From assembly GCA_947497895.1 (NCBI GenBank), contig CANMIL010000014.1:27308-91307 (forward strand): a DNA stretch of 64,000 nucleotides, read 5' to 3'. The position numbers were made by a program, and so were the translations under genes. The notes under the pieces are model-generated. The model was given only the letters and a program-made list of their open reading frames with translations. It had not been told where the DNA came from and did no database searches. This document shows, piece after piece, positions 49,349 through 57,776 of this stretch. How positions within the stretch are numbered: the stretch's first letter is position 1; every line of letters begins with the position of its first letter. The DNA is from an uncultured Tenacibaculum sp. (GTDB taxonomy: Bacteria > Bacteroidota > Bacteroidia > Flavobacteriales > Flavobacteriaceae).

Positions 49349-49762
49349 ATGAAATTTATATTAAACATAACATTGATTTTAAACATGTTAGTTGTTAAAG
49401 TAGCATCTGCTCAAAATCATTCAGTAGAAATTACAGTGGTAAATGCAACAAGTGATAAAGGAACTGTGAATTTCGCATTGTACAATGAAGCAAACTATAT
49501 GAAGAAACCTGTTCAAGGGAAGGTATCAAAAATTGTTAAGGGTATAAGTACTGTTGTTTTTGAAAATGTTTCTCCAGGAGAATATGCTGTGATTTGTTTC
49601 CATGATAAGAATAGTAATGAAAAAATGGATTTTGAATCTAATGGAATGCCTCTAGAAGATTACGGAGCAACAAATAATGTGATGAACTTTGGACCTCCAA
49701 GATATGATGATGCCAAATTTGAAGTGGCTGATAAAAATGTATCTTTAGAAATTAGATTTTAA
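49349..49762 (+). CDS. DUF2141-family secreted protein
   Basis: 137 aa with a signal peptide (VASAQ). VNATSDKGTVNFALYNE...PGEYAVICFHDKNSNEKMDFESNGMPLEDYG is typical of DUF2141. Confidence 0.75.
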   Translation: MKFILNITLILNMLVVKVASAQNHSVEITVVNATSDKGTVNFALYNEANYMKKPVQGKVSKIVKGISTVVFENVSPGEYAVICFHDKNSNEKMDFESNGMPLEDYGATNNVMNFGPPRYDDAKFEVADKNVSLEIRF

Positions 49763-49770
49763 TATATAAT

Positions 49771-51129
49771 ATGGAAGTTAAGAATACTACTTGGAAAGAG
49801 CGTTTAAAAAGTGATTTATGGGTTTGTTTAAAAATGACACTACTGTTTGCAGTTGTTTTTATAGTAATAAATCAAGAGTTTTCTATCAAAGGAATGGGAA
49901 TTGTGTTTTTATTTTCAGGAATGTATTCTTTCATATTAGGAATGGGTAATGGGATTATAAATGATTATTTGTCGCTTCAATGGAGCTGGGTAACGGAAAC
50001 AAATAAGCGAGTAACAGCGGGTATCATAGCTACAATAATTTATACAATAATAGCAGTATTATTTATTCATTACGTCATTTATATACTAATATTCGAGAAC
50101 AGCATTGAAGGGTTTTTTAAAGGGAAATTTATGTGGATTCATTTATTCGCTATTAATATTTCTCTGGGAGTGGCATCTTTTCTACATGCAAGAGGTTTTA
50201 TGAAAGAATGGAAAAAGGAAGCAACAAAAGAAACCACACAACAACAGATTGTAGCGAAAACGGAAACAGCAAAATTTGAAACATTAAAAAATCAAATTGA
50301 TCCCCATTTTCTATTCAATAGTTTAAATGTGTTAACATCATTAATAGGAGAGAATCCTTATCAGGCAGAAAAGTTTACAACGAAGCTTTCAAAGGTTTAT
50401 CGATATGTATTAGAACAACGAAGTAAAGAATTGGTTCCAATTCAAGAAGAATTAAAGTTTGCAAGAACATATATGGAATTATTGCAAATGCGATTTGAAG
50501 ATGCTGTAAAGTTTGATATTCCAACAGAGATAAGCAATGCTGATTTAAAGATAGTACCACTATCATTGCAGTTACTCTTAGAAAATGCAGTAAAGCATAA
50601 TGTAGTTTCCTCGAGGAAGCCCTTAGAAGTAAGAATTTATGAAGAAGATGGTTTTTTACAAATAAGTAATAATATAAATCCAAAAGAAGCTATAGGAAAA
50701 AGTACAAAGGTTGGTTTAAGAAATATAGCCGATCGATATGGTTTAATTACCGATAAAAACGTAAAGATTAGTAATAATAATAAAACATTCACAGTGAGTT
50801 TACCACTGTTAAAAAAGACTGAGAATATGGAAATAAATACCGAAAGTTTAGGAAGCAGTAAATATGTGAAGGCTGTTGAAAGAGTAGAAAAGTTGAAAGA
50901 GTTTTATCAGAACCTTGTATCGTATTGTTTAGTAATTCCATTTTTAATTTTCATAAACTTTAGATTTTCTCCACAGTTCCAATGGTTTTGGTTTCCAATG
51001 CTAGGTTGGGGGATAGGATTATTATTTCACTATTTAGAGGTTAATAACTATAGTTTGTTCCTTGGGAAAAACTGGGAAGAAAGAAAGATTAAGGAGCTGA
51101 TGGATGAAGAAAAAAAGCGTAAGCTTTAA
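49771..51129 (+). CDS. LytS/YehU-type sensor histidine kinase with a fused C-terminal 2TM domain
   Basis: 452 aa. Four N-terminal TM helices, the H-box QIDPHFLFNSLN, the N-box LLENAVKHN, then KYVKAVERVEKLKEFY + 2 TM + LGKNWEERKIKELM. That last module is the same one encoded by the five downstream mini-genes. Confidence 0.85.
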   Translation: MEVKNTTWKERLKSDLWVCLKMTLLFAVVFIVINQEFSIKGMGIVFLFSGMYSFILGMGNGIINDYLSLQWSWVTETNKRVTAGIIATIIYTIIAVLFIHYVIYILIFENSIEGFFKGKFMWIHLFAINISLGVASFLHARGFMKEWKKEATKETTQQQIVAKTETAKFETLKNQIDPHFLFNSLNVLTSLIGENPYQAEKFTTKLSKVYRYVLEQRSKELVPIQEELKFARTYMELLQMRFEDAVKFDIPTEISNADLKIVPLSLQLLLENAVKHNVVSSRKPLEVRIYEEDGFLQISNNINPKEAIGKSTKVGLRNIADRYGLITDKNVKISNNNKTFTVSLPLLKKTENMEINTESLGSSKYVKAVERVEKLKEFYQNLVSYCLVIPFLIFINFRFSPQFQWFWFPMLGWGIGLLFHYLEVNNYSLFLGKNWEERKIKELMDEEKKRKL

Positions 51130-51242
51130 TCGCAGAGTGCTAGTCGAGAGGGAAATTTTCCAAGGCTTGTCTCGAAATATAAAATTATAAATCCAATAGA
51201 TATCCTAGATGCTTACATCAGGGTAGGTTATTTGAAATTATC

Positions 51243-51527
51243 ATGAGAAATACAGAAATAGAAGAATATAAATACTTAAAAGCTAAGAAAAGAGTAGAAA
51301 AGATAAAAGGGTTTTACATACACGCTATCGTAACCGTAATTCTTATTCCAATTTTGACTTTTATCAATTTAAAGTTTGTTCCTCAATACCATTGGTTTTG
51401 GTACCCAATGCTAGGTATGCTATTAGGACTTTTCTTTCACTGGTTTGGTGTATTTGGTACAGAAAAATTTGGATTAGGTAAAGATTGGGAGCAAAGAAAA
51501 ATTAAAGAATATTTAGACGAAAATTAA
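51243..51527 (+). CDS. 2TM-domain mini-protein 1 (short-loop class)
   Basis: 94 aa: YKYLKAKKRVEKIKGFYIH, TM1, QYHWFWYPMLG, TM2 FFHWFGVFG, LGKDWEQRKIKEYL. Confidence 0.8.
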   Translation: MRNTEIEEYKYLKAKKRVEKIKGFYIHAIVTVILIPILTFINLKFVPQYHWFWYPMLGMLLGLFFHWFGVFGTEKFGLGKDWEQRKIKEYLDEN

Positions 51528-51533
51528 GACATT

Positions 51534-51821
51534 ATGGAAAGTAAATATATAAACGAAAAGAAATATTTAGATGCTAAAAAAAGAATTAAACAGATAAAGG
51601 CATTTTATGTGCATGTTGTTGTAAACATTGTTTCTCTAGCAATTATTATTTCTGTAAACCTAATATTTTCTCCTCACTATCATTGGTTTTGGTTTGCAGT
51701 AATAGGAATTGTATTGGCTACTTTCTTTCATTGGCTTGGGGTTTTTGGAGCGGATATAATAGGTTTAGGTAAAGCTTGGGAAGAGCGTAAGATTAAAGAA
51801 TATTTAGAAAAAAATAAGTAA
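51534..51821 (+). CDS. 2TM-domain mini-protein 2 (short-loop class)
   Basis: 95 aa: KKYLDAKKRIKQIKAFYVH ... HYHWFWFAVIG ... FFHWLGVFG ... LGKAWEERKIKEYL. Confidence 0.8.
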   Translation: MESKYINEKKYLDAKKRIKQIKAFYVHVVVNIVSLAIIISVNLIFSPHYHWFWFAVIGIVLATFFHWLGVFGADIIGLGKAWEERKIKEYLEKNK

Positions 51822-51823
51822 TC

Positions 51824-52135
51824 ATGGAAAAAGACTATTCAAAAGAACATAAGTACCTCTTAGCAAAGAAGAGGGTGGAAAAGATAAAAGGTTTTTATTG
51901 GCATGCTGTTTCGTATGTATTGGTGAATATTTTTATTTCAGCAGTAATAATCATTGGGATTACCTCAGATGGAGCTTCATTTAAGGAAGCTATTAATAAT
52001 TTCGGCGTTTATTCAACTTGGATATTTTGGGGAATAGGATTATTCTTTCATTGGTTAAGCGTTTTCGGTTCGAATTTCATTTTCAATAAAAATTGGGAGG
52101 AAAGAAAGATAAAAGAATTCATGAATGATAATTAA
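51824..52135 (+). CDS. 2TM-domain mini-protein 3 (long-loop class)
   Basis: 103 aa: HKYLLAKKRVEKIKGFYWH ... loop TSDGASFKEAINNFGVYSTW ... FFHWLSVFG ... NKNWEERKIKEFM. Confidence 0.8.
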   Translation: MEKDYSKEHKYLLAKKRVEKIKGFYWHAVSYVLVNIFISAVIIIGITSDGASFKEAINNFGVYSTWIFWGIGLFFHWLSVFGSNFIFNKNWEERKIKEFMNDN

Positions 52136-52142
52136 TGGTAGT

Positions 52143-52457
52143 ATGGAGATAGATAATAAAGAAGAACAAGAAAAATATTTAAGAGCCAAAGGAAGGGTTG
52201 ATGAAATAAAAAAATACTATACTCATTTAGTAGTATATATTGTAGTGAATACTTTTATAAGTATTAATAAGATAATGAGAAATATGAGTAATGGTGAAAC
52301 ATTCTCAGAGGCGTTTTTCGACTTTAATACTTTTGCTGTATGGGTGTTTTGGGGAATTGGTATCGCCTTTCATACGTTTAAAGTATTTGGATTTAACCTG
52401 ATATTAGGGAAAAATTGGGAGGAGCGTAAAATTAAGAAATACATGGACGAACAGTAA
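52143..52457 (+). CDS. 2TM-domain mini-protein 4 (long-loop class)
   Basis: 104 aa from ATG 52143. The track start 52125 would overlap the previous gene by 11 nt, and the paralog alignment favours 52143. EKYLRAKGRVDEIKKYYTH ... FHTFKVFG ... LGKNWEERKIKKYM. Confidence 0.78.
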   Translation: MEIDNKEEQEKYLRAKGRVDEIKKYYTHLVVYIVVNTFISINKIMRNMSNGETFSEAFFDFNTFAVWVFWGIGIAFHTFKVFGFNLILGKNWEERKIKKYMDEQ

Positions 52458-52463
52458 CTGGTT

Positions 52464-52781
52464 ATGGTTATAGATAAAATAAAAATTAGGGCTCAAGAAC
52501 GTGTAAAAGAATTGAAGGAATTCTATAAGCATTTGTTCGTGTATATCATCATAAACATTGTTTTCACATTTCTTTCAAACTATTTTAATATTGTTCTTAA
52601 AATTTATGGTGATCTCGAGATTAGTAATAAATTTACCGAAAATGGTTTTGAACATTATTCTTTATGGGGAATATGGGGTGTTTTTTTATTTATAGATGCT
52701 TTTAGAGTGTTTGGAATCAGTAAATTTTTAGGTAAGGACTGGGAGGAAAGAAAAATTAAAGAGTTAATTAACAAAGAATAA
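52464..52781 (+). CDS. 2TM-domain mini-protein 5 (long-loop class, most divergent)
   Basis: 105 aa: IRAQERVKELKEFYKH ... FIDAFRVFG ... LGKDWEERKIKELI. Confidence 0.78.
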   Translation: MVIDKIKIRAQERVKELKEFYKHLFVYIIINIVFTFLSNYFNIVLKIYGDLEISNKFTENGFEHYSLWGIWGVFLFIDAFRVFGISKFLGKDWEERKIKELINKE

Positions 52782-52796
52782 ATAGATAATTCAATA

Positions 52797-53552
52797 ATGA
52801 ATATTGTAGTTATAGAAGACGAAAAACCCGCAGCAAGAAGACTTCAACGTATGTTGGCGCAATTGGATTTGGAGGTCACAAAAATGTTGCACTCAGTGGA
52901 AGAATCTATAAATTGGTTCCAACAAAATACGCATCCAGATTTAATTTTTCTTGATATTCAGCTTTCTGATGGTTTATCTTTTGAAATTTTTGAAGAGGTT
53001 GTCGTGAAGTCTGCTATTATTTTCACAACAGCTTATGATGAATATGCCTTAAAAGCTTTTAAACTTAATTCTATTGATTATTTATTAAAGCCAATTGATG
53101 ATGACGAATTAAAAATTGCTGTAGATAAGTTTAAAGAACAGAATAATAAACAAACCGATATACAGGTAAATATTGATGATATCAGAAAACTATTAATTAA
53201 TCCTATTGATAGAAAATACAAGAAGAGATTTACCATTAAAGTTGGACAGCACATTAAAATTATTCATTCAGATGAAATAGAGTGTTTTTACTCTGAAAAT
53301 AAGGCTACTTATATTCATACTAGTAGTAATAGAAACTATTTAATTGATAATTCTTTAGAACACTGGAATGAACAACTAAATCCAGAACAATTCTATAGAG
53401 TAAATAGAACATATATTGTTCATATAAACTCTATAAAAGATATTATATCCTACACAAATTCTCGTTTGCAATTAAAGCTTCATAATTATAATGAAGCGGA
53501 AATTATTGTAAGCAGGGAGCGTGTTAAAGACTTTAAAAATTGGATTGAGTAA
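52797..53552 (+). CDS. LytTR-family two-component response regulator
   Basis: 251 aa. The receiver domain has IVVIEDE, the phospho-acceptor LIFLDIQLSDG and YLLKP. The C-terminal LytTR domain has FYRVNRTYIVHINSI. Confidence 0.92.
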   Translation: MNIVVIEDEKPAARRLQRMLAQLDLEVTKMLHSVEESINWFQQNTHPDLIFLDIQLSDGLSFEIFEEVVVKSAIIFTTAYDEYALKAFKLNSIDYLLKPIDDDELKIAVDKFKEQNNKQTDIQVNIDDIRKLLINPIDRKYKKRFTIKVGQHIKIIHSDEIECFYSENKATYIHTSSNRNYLIDNSLEHWNEQLNPEQFYRVNRTYIVHINSIKDIISYTNSRLQLKLHNYNEAEIIVSRERVKDFKNWIE

Positions 53553-53554
53553 AA

Positions 53555-54727
53555 TTAAAGTTTAAATAGATCATTGAATCTTACATAAACACCGTAAGAA
53601 TAGTCGAAATTATTCTTTTTACTCTCTTGGGTAACTAAAGTTTCAATGGATTCGTTGAGCTGGTAAAAACCTTCCAATTGAACTCCGATTCGAATATTTT
53701 TAGCTAACGATTTTTCGTAAAAAGCTTTAGTAAATATCAATTCCCTAATTGGTTCTTGAAGATCAACATATCTATTGTCTAACTCTCCATTCCAATAATT
53801 GTTATTTACTTTACGCGAATACGAGTTAAACATGTCATTACCCAATGCTGTAACGAACTTATTACTTTTAAAATAAGAAAGCATAAAGTTAAAACTCTTA
53901 TGTATATATCTTAGTTTAAAATAATTTGCATTTCCATTCGAGAAAGGATGCTCGGTTAATGGTGCATTCGTGGTATGTAAAAGGAAATGATAACTAGTGA
54001 TAAGCTGGTTTTCAGGATTTAGAATGAACTTGTATTCTAAACCAACTGATAAATTATGAATGTCATAAATATCGATAATGTCTAGTTCATCTCTAACCTT
54101 CTTGTTTATTTGACCACCTTTATGTCTGGTGATAAATTGAATAGGAAAGGTTAAGTTTTTGGTAGCAAAAATATTGGAAGAAAGTCCTAGTGTAAATACT
54201 TCCTTGAAGTCATCATTTGGACGAATATAGTTTTCCCAATTTAACCAAGTATCTAATGAGAACTTCGATGATTTGTATTTGTATTGTAAACCCGTTTCAA
54301 CAACGTCATTTCTTAATATCTTTTCACTTGCTAGAATTGGTTCAATAACACCATGATTATTTCCTGCGAAGAAATTACCAATAGTGAATTCATGATTACC
54401 TTTTATATACTGAAAACTAAAAGTGGGGATTACGTGCTCAACTTTGGTTTCTCCGAAATTCTTTTGTATAAAAACTCCAGCTCTAAATCGAGTATTTTCG
54501 GAATTATTGTATTGTATTTGTGGATAAATATGGCTTCCTAAAAGAGTGTAACCGTCGGCAATGAAATTGAAATATTCGTTGTTTTTAATGAAATTAAGGT
54601 TATAAACCTCTAAACTAAACTTGGATGTTTCTCTATTTTCTAATGGGGATTTTAAATAGAATACAGATTCTTGAGAATAGGTACAAATAATTAGAAATAA
54701 AAAGGTTGTAGTTAATAGTTTTTTCAT
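53555..54727 (-). CDS. Hypothetical secreted protein, possible outer-membrane beta-barrel
   Basis: 390 aa with a signal peptide (ICTYSQ). It is aromatic- and Asn-rich with alternating hydrophobicity throughout. I recognised no family. Its stop is only 2 nt from the convergent response-regulator stop. Confidence 0.4.
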   Translation of the reverse strand: MKKLLTTTFLFLIICTYSQESVFYLKSPLENRETSKFSLEVYNLNFIKNNEYFNFIADGYTLLGSHIYPQIQYNNSENTRFRAGVFIQKNFGETKVEHVIPTFSFQYIKGNHEFTIGNFFAGNNHGVIEPILASEKILRNDVVETGLQYKYKSSKFSLDTWLNWENYIRPNDDFKEVFTLGLSSNIFATKNLTFPIQFITRHKGGQINKKVRDELDIIDIYDIHNLSVGLEYKFILNPENQLITSYHFLLHTTNAPLTEHPFSNGNANYFKLRYIHKSFNFMLSYFKSNKFVTALGNDMFNSYSRKVNNNYWNGELDNRYVDLQEPIRELIFTKAFYEKSLAKNIRIGVQLEGFYQLNESIETLVTQESKKNNFDYSYGVYVRFNDLFKL

Positions 54728-54822
54728 AAAAAGATTTAATGAATATTTTCAGAAAGTAAAAGTCGGTAAAAAATAGTCGAAAACTAATATGTATACATAA
54801 GTTTCATTGTATAATTTTTTAT

Positions 54823-54869
54823 AGAACTCGTTTAAATTTTCGTTTGCCACAAAAGTTTAAACGAGTTCT
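54823..54869 (-). terminator. Perfect 14-bp stem-loop downstream of hutG (no U-tract)
   Basis: AGAACTCGTTTAAA (54823-36) pairs with TTTAAACGAGTTCT (54856-69) around a 19-nt loop. It starts 14 nt after the hutG stop. No T run follows on either strand, so terminator function is uncertain. Confidence 0.4.
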
Positions 54870-54882
54870 AAAAAGGAGAGGT

Positions 54883-55896
54883 TTAATTCAAAAAGCTCTT
54901 TGCTTTAATAAAATCAGATATTAAATAGCTAATAAATTTTCCAACCTGAACTGCCGTGGTAGGCTCATTTTTTACGGCAGGAGCTCCTTCACAAATATGT
55001 ATATAAGAAGCTTTGTTGTTTTTAGCGAAATTGTATACAAATTGACGTGTTTGTTGAGGTGTAAAACCACTCGGTGTCATGGCACTACTGGGGAAATATT
55101 GAATACAATCTAAATCTATTTCAATTCCGTAAAAATTATCTTCAATAAAACTAGAGGCACGTTGAAGTTCGTTTTTAAAACTTGTTACTTGGTATACTTC
55201 AAGTTCTTCAAAAGTATTGTACTCTAAATTTATACTATTATGAATCTTCTCAAAAATGTATTGAGGAGTATAATTCTCATGCAATCCAAACATAAAGTAT
55301 TTATTTAAATAACCTTCTTCCAAAGCATATGAAAAACCATTTCCGCTATGGCGTTCTTCCAAACGTCTTAAATCGGTATGTGCATCTAAATTAATAACAT
55401 TTACAGGAGTGTTTTTAGCAATTGAAAGTCCTTTGATGTTTCCAAAAGCATTATTATGACCTCCACCAATAATTATAGGAATTTTGTTATGTCGTATAAT
55501 TAAACCAACAAGTTCAAAAACTTCTTTGTCAATGCCTTTCACTAATAAATCCCCCCTTTCTCGGTCAGTAGGGTCAAAATCCATAACATCATCAAAACAA
55601 TCTAAATATCCAAGAACAAGAATTTCATCACCTTTAATAAACTGATTTTGTTGAGTATTTAAAAAGGCCTTGATTGCAGGAATAAAACTAGTATGTGCAC
55701 CTCCATTACCACCATTCATTTTTACACCGATGTCTTCAGGAACACCGAAGATAACAAAAGTAGCATCAGAGTTTTCTAATCCTTCTTCCAATGATTTTTT
55801 AGAATTAATAACGGAAACACATTCACCTAGTTTAACTTCACCGTTACGAGTATTCGTGAAATCATTTATATGTTTTTGATTAAAAATAGTAAGCAT
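54883..55896 (-). CDS. hutG: Formimidoylglutamase (arginase/ureohydrolase family)
   Basis: 337 aa with the ureohydrolase Mn-binding pattern (IIGGGHNNAFG, NLDAHTDLR, IEIDLDCI). It lies 5 nt downstream of hutI. Confidence 0.78.
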   Translation of the reverse strand: MLTIFNQKHINDFTNTRNGEVKLGECVSVINSKKSLEEGLENSDATFVIFGVPEDIGVKMNGGNGGAHTSFIPAIKAFLNTQQNQFIKGDEILVLGYLDCFDDVMDFDPTDRERGDLLVKGIDKEVFELVGLIIRHNKIPIIIGGGHNNAFGNIKGLSIAKNTPVNVINLDAHTDLRRLEERHSGNGFSYALEEGYLNKYFMFGLHENYTPQYIFEKIHNSINLEYNTFEELEVYQVTSFKNELQRASSFIEDNFYGIEIDLDCIQYFPSSAMTPSGFTPQQTRQFVYNFAKNNKASYIHICEGAPAVKNEPTTAVQVGKFISYLISDFIKAKSFLN

Positions 55897-55901
55897 TGTA
55901 A

Positions 55902-57134
55902 TTATATTTTTTTACCATTTATATAAACTTGGTCAATTAAGTTCGATCCAAAACTATAAGGAATAAAACCGTAAGAAGGAATTTCTTTAGTAACAATAAA
56001 ATTAGCCTTTTTTCCTTTGGTTATACTACCAACCGTGTCGGATAAGTTCATTGCGTAGGCTCCATTAATAGTAGCCGCATTTATAGCCTCTTCTGGTGTC
56101 ATTTTCATTTTTATACAAGCGGTTGCCACAACAAAATTCATATTTCCAGAAGGTGTAGATCCGGGATTAAAATCGGTTGCAAGAGCTAGTGGTAATCCAG
56201 CTTGTATTATTTCTCTAGCTGGAGTATAAGGAATGCTTAAAAAATAGGAACAAGAGGGCAATGCAACAGGCATAGTTTCAGATCCTTTTAAAGCATCAAT
56301 ATCTTCCGAATTCATTACTTCTAAATGATCAACAGACAAAGCTTTATGTTTTACACTAATTTGAACACCTCCAATAGTTGTAAATTGATTTACATGTACT
56401 TTAGGTGTAAGTCCATATGATGTTGCTGCTGTTAAAATTTTGTCTGTATCTTCAACAGAAAAATAACCCGTCTCGCAAAAAGCATCGACGAATTCAGCTA
56501 AGTTTTCTTCGGCAACCTTAGGAAGCATTTTGTTAATAATTAAATCGATATACCCTTCCTTATTATTTTTAAATTCAGTAGGAAAAGCATGAGCCCCTAA
56601 AAATGTAGCTTTTATTGGTAAATTGTAATTCTCTTTAAGCTTTTTTATGACTCTTAACATTTTAAGTTCAGCATCAACCGTGAGCCCATATCCTGATTTT
56701 ATTTCCACGGCACCAGTCCCTAAAGCAATAATCTCTTCCAGTCTTTTCGCCGATTGATTGTATAAATCGTCTTCAGAGGTGCTTTGAAGTTTTTTTGCTG
56801 AGTTTACAATACCACCACCATTGTTTGCAATTTCTTCGTATGTTAAACCGTTAATACGATCTACAAATTCTTGTTCTCTATTACCAGCGTATACAATATG
56901 AGTGTGAGAATCACACCAAGTTGGTAGAATCATTTTACCAGTACAATCAATCCTCTCATCAAAAGATTGAGGCACATCCTCCATTGGACCGTAATCTATA
57001 ATAATATCATTTTCTACAAGCAAATAGGCATTTTTGATAGTTGGTAAGTTTTTCATTTCATTACCAGAAACCTTTTTAACGTCTAGGGGTCTAACTTGAA
57101 TTAATTCTTTTATGTTAACTAGTAAAGTAGTCAT
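55902..57134 (-). CDS. hutI: Imidazolonepropionase
   Basis: 410 aa with CDSHTHIVYAGNR, KSGYGL, VHVNQF, DHLE and LATDFNPGS, all HutI hallmarks. Confidence 0.93.
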   Translation of the reverse strand: MTTLLVNIKELIQVRPLDVKKVSGNEMKNLPTIKNAYLLVENDIIIDYGPMEDVPQSFDERIDCTGKMILPTWCDSHTHIVYAGNREQEFVDRINGLTYEEIANNGGGIVNSAKKLQSTSEDDLYNQSAKRLEEIIALGTGAVEIKSGYGLTVDAELKMLRVIKKLKENYNLPIKATFLGAHAFPTEFKNNKEGYIDLIINKMLPKVAEENLAEFVDAFCETGYFSVEDTDKILTAATSYGLTPKVHVNQFTTIGGVQISVKHKALSVDHLEVMNSEDIDALKGSETMPVALPSCSYFLSIPYTPAREIIQAGLPLALATDFNPGSTPSGNMNFVVATACIKMKMTPEEAINAATINGAYAMNLSDTVGSITKGKKANFIVTKEIPSYGFIPYSFGSNLIDQVYINGKKI

Positions 57135-57776
57135 GTGTTGTCTTGTATTTGTTAAGGCAAACTTACATTAAAAACCAATATAATAAATGTGCAAAACATC
57201 AATAATTAGAAAAAAACAGAGTTATAAACATGACATGTTTTGTGAATTACATAAAAATATATAATTAAAGGGGTTAGTTTTTAGTGAATTAACATTTTAA
57301 CCTTGTTATTTCGACATTCATCGATACTTCCATGTGTTTAAGTACTGTTTTATCGATTTTTTTTTGTTAACAAATGTTAAATATATATCTTGTGTGAAGT
57401 TAAAGTGCTGTTTTATAGTGCTTTTTTTGATGTTGTTAATAAAATATTACCATAACCATTAGAAGATAATTCGTTAAAAATGAAATCAGCCCTATTACAA
57501 AGTATTTAGGGTAGTTACTTAAAGAAGTTTAATTCTAATTACTTTCGAGAACTACTCAAATCCTACAAGAAACTGCTACTACTTCATAATCAAATCAATA
57601 CTCTTTGTAGACTTTTAAGTGTTCTGTTGTAACATGTTGTTCTTATGTCCTTTCTCTTAAAGATATGTTCTTTAGGAGCATAGTGCTTAATATTCAATTT
57701 CTTTCGTATACGATATTGTTCTAATAATCAAATTAAAGTTTAAAAAATCCATAATCCTATTAATAAATTTTTGAAT

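Noticed and set aside
51130-51242. Possible attenuator or riboswitch in the 113-nt, slightly GC-richer spacer between the kinase and the first 2TM gene
   Set aside because: It has only short stems (TCGAGA/TCTCGA with a roughly 20-nt loop; CCTaGATG-CTTA-CATCAGG), no U-tract and no recognisable riboswitch core. That is not enough to call.
53550-53557. Convergent stop codons of the LytTR regulator and the beta-barrel-like gene, only 2 nt apart
   Set aside because: It is notable that there is no room for a terminator, but this is most simply explained by compact gene packing. There is no evidence of functional antisense overlap.
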